A DNA stretch of 64,000 nt from Ramazzottius varieornatus. Lineage: Eukaryota > Animalia > Tardigrada. Position numbers and translations under genes: made by a program. Each line of letters starts with the position of its first letter. The stretch's first letter is position 1. This document shows positions 61,464-64,000 of the stretch, piece by piece. The notes below the pieces were generated by a model. The model saw only the letters and a program-made list of their open reading frames with translations. It did no database searches and was not told the DNA's origin. The DNA lies in contig BDGG01000012.1 of NCBI GenBank assembly GCA_001949185.1, positions 1,666,973 to 1,730,972 of the forward strand, given 5' to 3'.

Positions 61464-64000
61464 ATGGCCGTCGTTTCTGATTCCTTCCCCGTTTCTCCAC
61501 AACACAGGATGATCCCGGGACCAATAGACGGCTCGTTCGATGGAGCTTCATTCTCCTCGCACCAAGCTAGCTCAGGTTCGACCAGTTCTGGTACATCGGA
61601 TGGAAGTTCTCCGCGATCGGACCCGAAAGCGGCTTCGGCTGAACAGGATGGAATCGTTCCGGATACAGCGGATTCGGAGAACCGAAGGACTTCATCGGAC
61701 GTTCAAGATAGAGCTGCTGATCCACCGAAGCTTCCTGTTACAACTAAGAGGACTCCTGATGACTTCATTTTTGAAAAAGTCATTGGCGAAGGATCGTTCT
61801 CCACAGTATGAGTGATGATCGAGTTCCACTTCCGGTCTGACAGTATTTTCATGGGTTACTTATCACATTGCTATTCTAGGTATATTTGGCTCGCGATATT
61901 CACACGTCGAAACAATGGGCCAGTAAGTGCCGAAGACGCCGCTTTCAGCTGGTCTGAATTATGACCAGAGTAGGTAGTTTTTTCTAACCAGCGTCTCCTG
62001 TTTTATTCGTGAACAGTTAAAGTATGCGAAAAGATGCACATCAAGCGGGAAAAAAAGGAGAAGTCCATCATGCGTGAGAAGGAGATTATGCAGCTGCTAG
62101 GTCTCCATCCTAGCCCATTTTTCGTCAAGCTCTTCTGCAGCTTTCCCGATCAATATCGCTTATGTGAGTATTTTCTGTGGGTATTTTGTGTCGATATATA
62201 GACTAGGTTTCTTTCTTGGTTTTGACACATGTCTCGATGCCGTGACGTTAATTTTGCTGTTGCAGATTTCGTGATGACATACGCCAAGAACGGTGAGATA
62301 TTGCCGTATATTCACAAAGTGGGCTGCTTCGATGCCGAGTGCACCAAATTCTACGGAGGAGAAGTAATACTAGCCCTAGAGCATCTTCACAAGCTTGGCA
62401 TCATCCATAGGTTAGTCGAAACGTGAATACATGATACATCCCAACATTCAGGAAGATTTTTACCGTTCGGCTATCAAAATGTGTTGTATCGCAGGGATTT
62501 GAAGCCGGAGAACATTCTGCTCAATGAGCATATGCATATCCTGATCACGGACTTCGGCTCTGCAAAGCTGGACAATCTGCCAGACGTAGTGGAGGTCGCT
62601 GCTTCTAGCGGTGATGAAGATCTTCCTGGAGCGCGACCACGGAGGAACTCCTTCGTGGGTACTGCAGACTATGTGTCTCCCGAACTCCTTACGAATAAAG
62701 ACGCCACTAGAACGTAAGTGAAATTTTGGTGGTTTCCCATTCTCAGTTGCTAACGTGGTATGTTATTTACTTCTCCAGTGTCGACTTATGGGCCCTCGGA
62801 TGCTTTTTATACCAGCTCTTGGCTGGACTTCCGCCTTTCCGAGCACCGTAAGTCCACTGCGCGTACTGATGTGGGCAAAAATTCCGTGTTGGGTATTTAC
62901 ACATCACCCGCTTTTATACAGGAATGAGTATCTTATATTTCAAAAGATTATCAAGCTGGAGTATAGCTTCCCCGATGGATTCAACCCGGTTGCGAAAGAT
63001 TTAGTAGCGAAGTTGCTGGTGCGAAAGAAACGTGACTGGTGTTGTGTTCGACCGGTGTTTTCTGTATGTGGAAGTTTTGTTCGTGTTTTTCAGGTGAAAA
63101 ATTCGAAGGAACGTTTGGGCTCAGATGCTATGGGTGGTTACCCGGTTCTCAAAAGCCATCCGTTCTTCGAAGAACTGGAATGGGAAACACTGCATACCAT
63201 AAAGCCACCAGCCATCACGCCCTATCTTCCAGCAAGTGGTGATAACGAAGAGCTCCGCAGTGACATTGTGGTTCGTGACTCGCTGGTTCTTAGATTCTAC
63301 TTGGGGACCTTCACCTTGTCCATTTTAGATATCGCCAAACATCAAGCCTGGATTCGATGAGAAGCAGCTTAGCCGCTTGCTGGACCTCCAGCTGCGAGAA
63401 GGAAGTGGCCTCAAGCCTTCGGACTCTAAGAGCAATGACTCGGGTGGTGCCAAAGGAACTATCCTGGACATCTCGCCCGAAGACTATGCCGAACGTCTAG
63501 CGGTACAAGCCAAGAACAACCAGTGGCATCCATTTGTAGACAACCACCTCATATTGAAACAAGGTTTTATAGACAAGAGGAAGGTTAGCGTCAGTCGTTT
63601 TTCTGGATCACGAAAGCAACTCTTCACTGGTGTTTTCGTAGGGTTTGTTTGCCAGAAGGCGGATGTTCCTTCTTACCACAGGTCCGCACTTTTACTATGT
63701 GGACCCAGTGAGTATGGTACTCAAAGGGGAGATTCCATGGTCCGCTAACATGAGACCGGAACCTAAGAATTTCAAAACCTTCTTCGTACACACGGTAAGA
63801 ATTTGAACGGGCTTTCTTGATTCCTGCGGACTGTGAGTATAATACTGTGATTGTTAGTCGAATATGCATTGTAGCCTAATAGGACGTACTACCTCGAAGA
63901 TCAGCAGGGCTACGCTTTGGAATGGTGTCGTGTTCTAGAGGAAGTCCGTGCGTTGACGTTCGACAAACGAGTCGGCAGCTCTGAGCAAGGCAAAGAGACG
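61464..64000 (+). CDS. PDPK1: 3-phosphoinositide-dependent protein kinase 1 (kinase plus PH domain), 3' truncated
   Basis: [57 protein letters not shown] and [14 protein letters not shown]. The PH domain has [31 protein letters not shown] and [14 protein letters not shown]. Confidence 0.97.

Overview
A gene-dense metazoan genomic window with many short (~50-130 nt) GT-AG introns and two N gaps (21481-22303, 60225-60274). The compact architecture and the presence of an ApeC-domain gene suggest a small invertebrate genome such as a tardigrade; this is inference, not identification. About 17 protein-coding genes can be reconstructed by eye. In order they are: a GPI-anchored protein with six Cu/Zn-SOD-like repeats (5' truncated); a GH65 glycosidase gene; a peptide GPCR; a DAZAP1/hnRNP-like RRM gene; an MS4A-like tetraspan; DUS2; an ApeC protein; MRPL51; LUC7L3; Atg18/WIPI2; SHMT; a C19orf47-like gene; a stand-alone PAW-domain gene; SCCPDH; a BTB-BACK gene; PAXBP1; CHIC; and PDK1 (3' truncated). 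There are also several MITEs, a pair of hAT-like non-autonomous elements and a decayed P-element-type transposase. The best novelty candidate is at 4190-11512 (-). What looks like two GH65 (PGGHG/acid trehalase-like) genes appears to be one spliced ORF: signal peptide, catalytically dead GH65 module, intact GH65 module, Ser/Thr/Pro stalk, GPI signal. This resembles the lactase-phlorizin hydrolase layout. It lies tail-to-tail with a second GPI-anchored protein whose six SOD repeats all lack a complete Cu-ligand set. All exon structures are hand-derived and need transcript confirmation.
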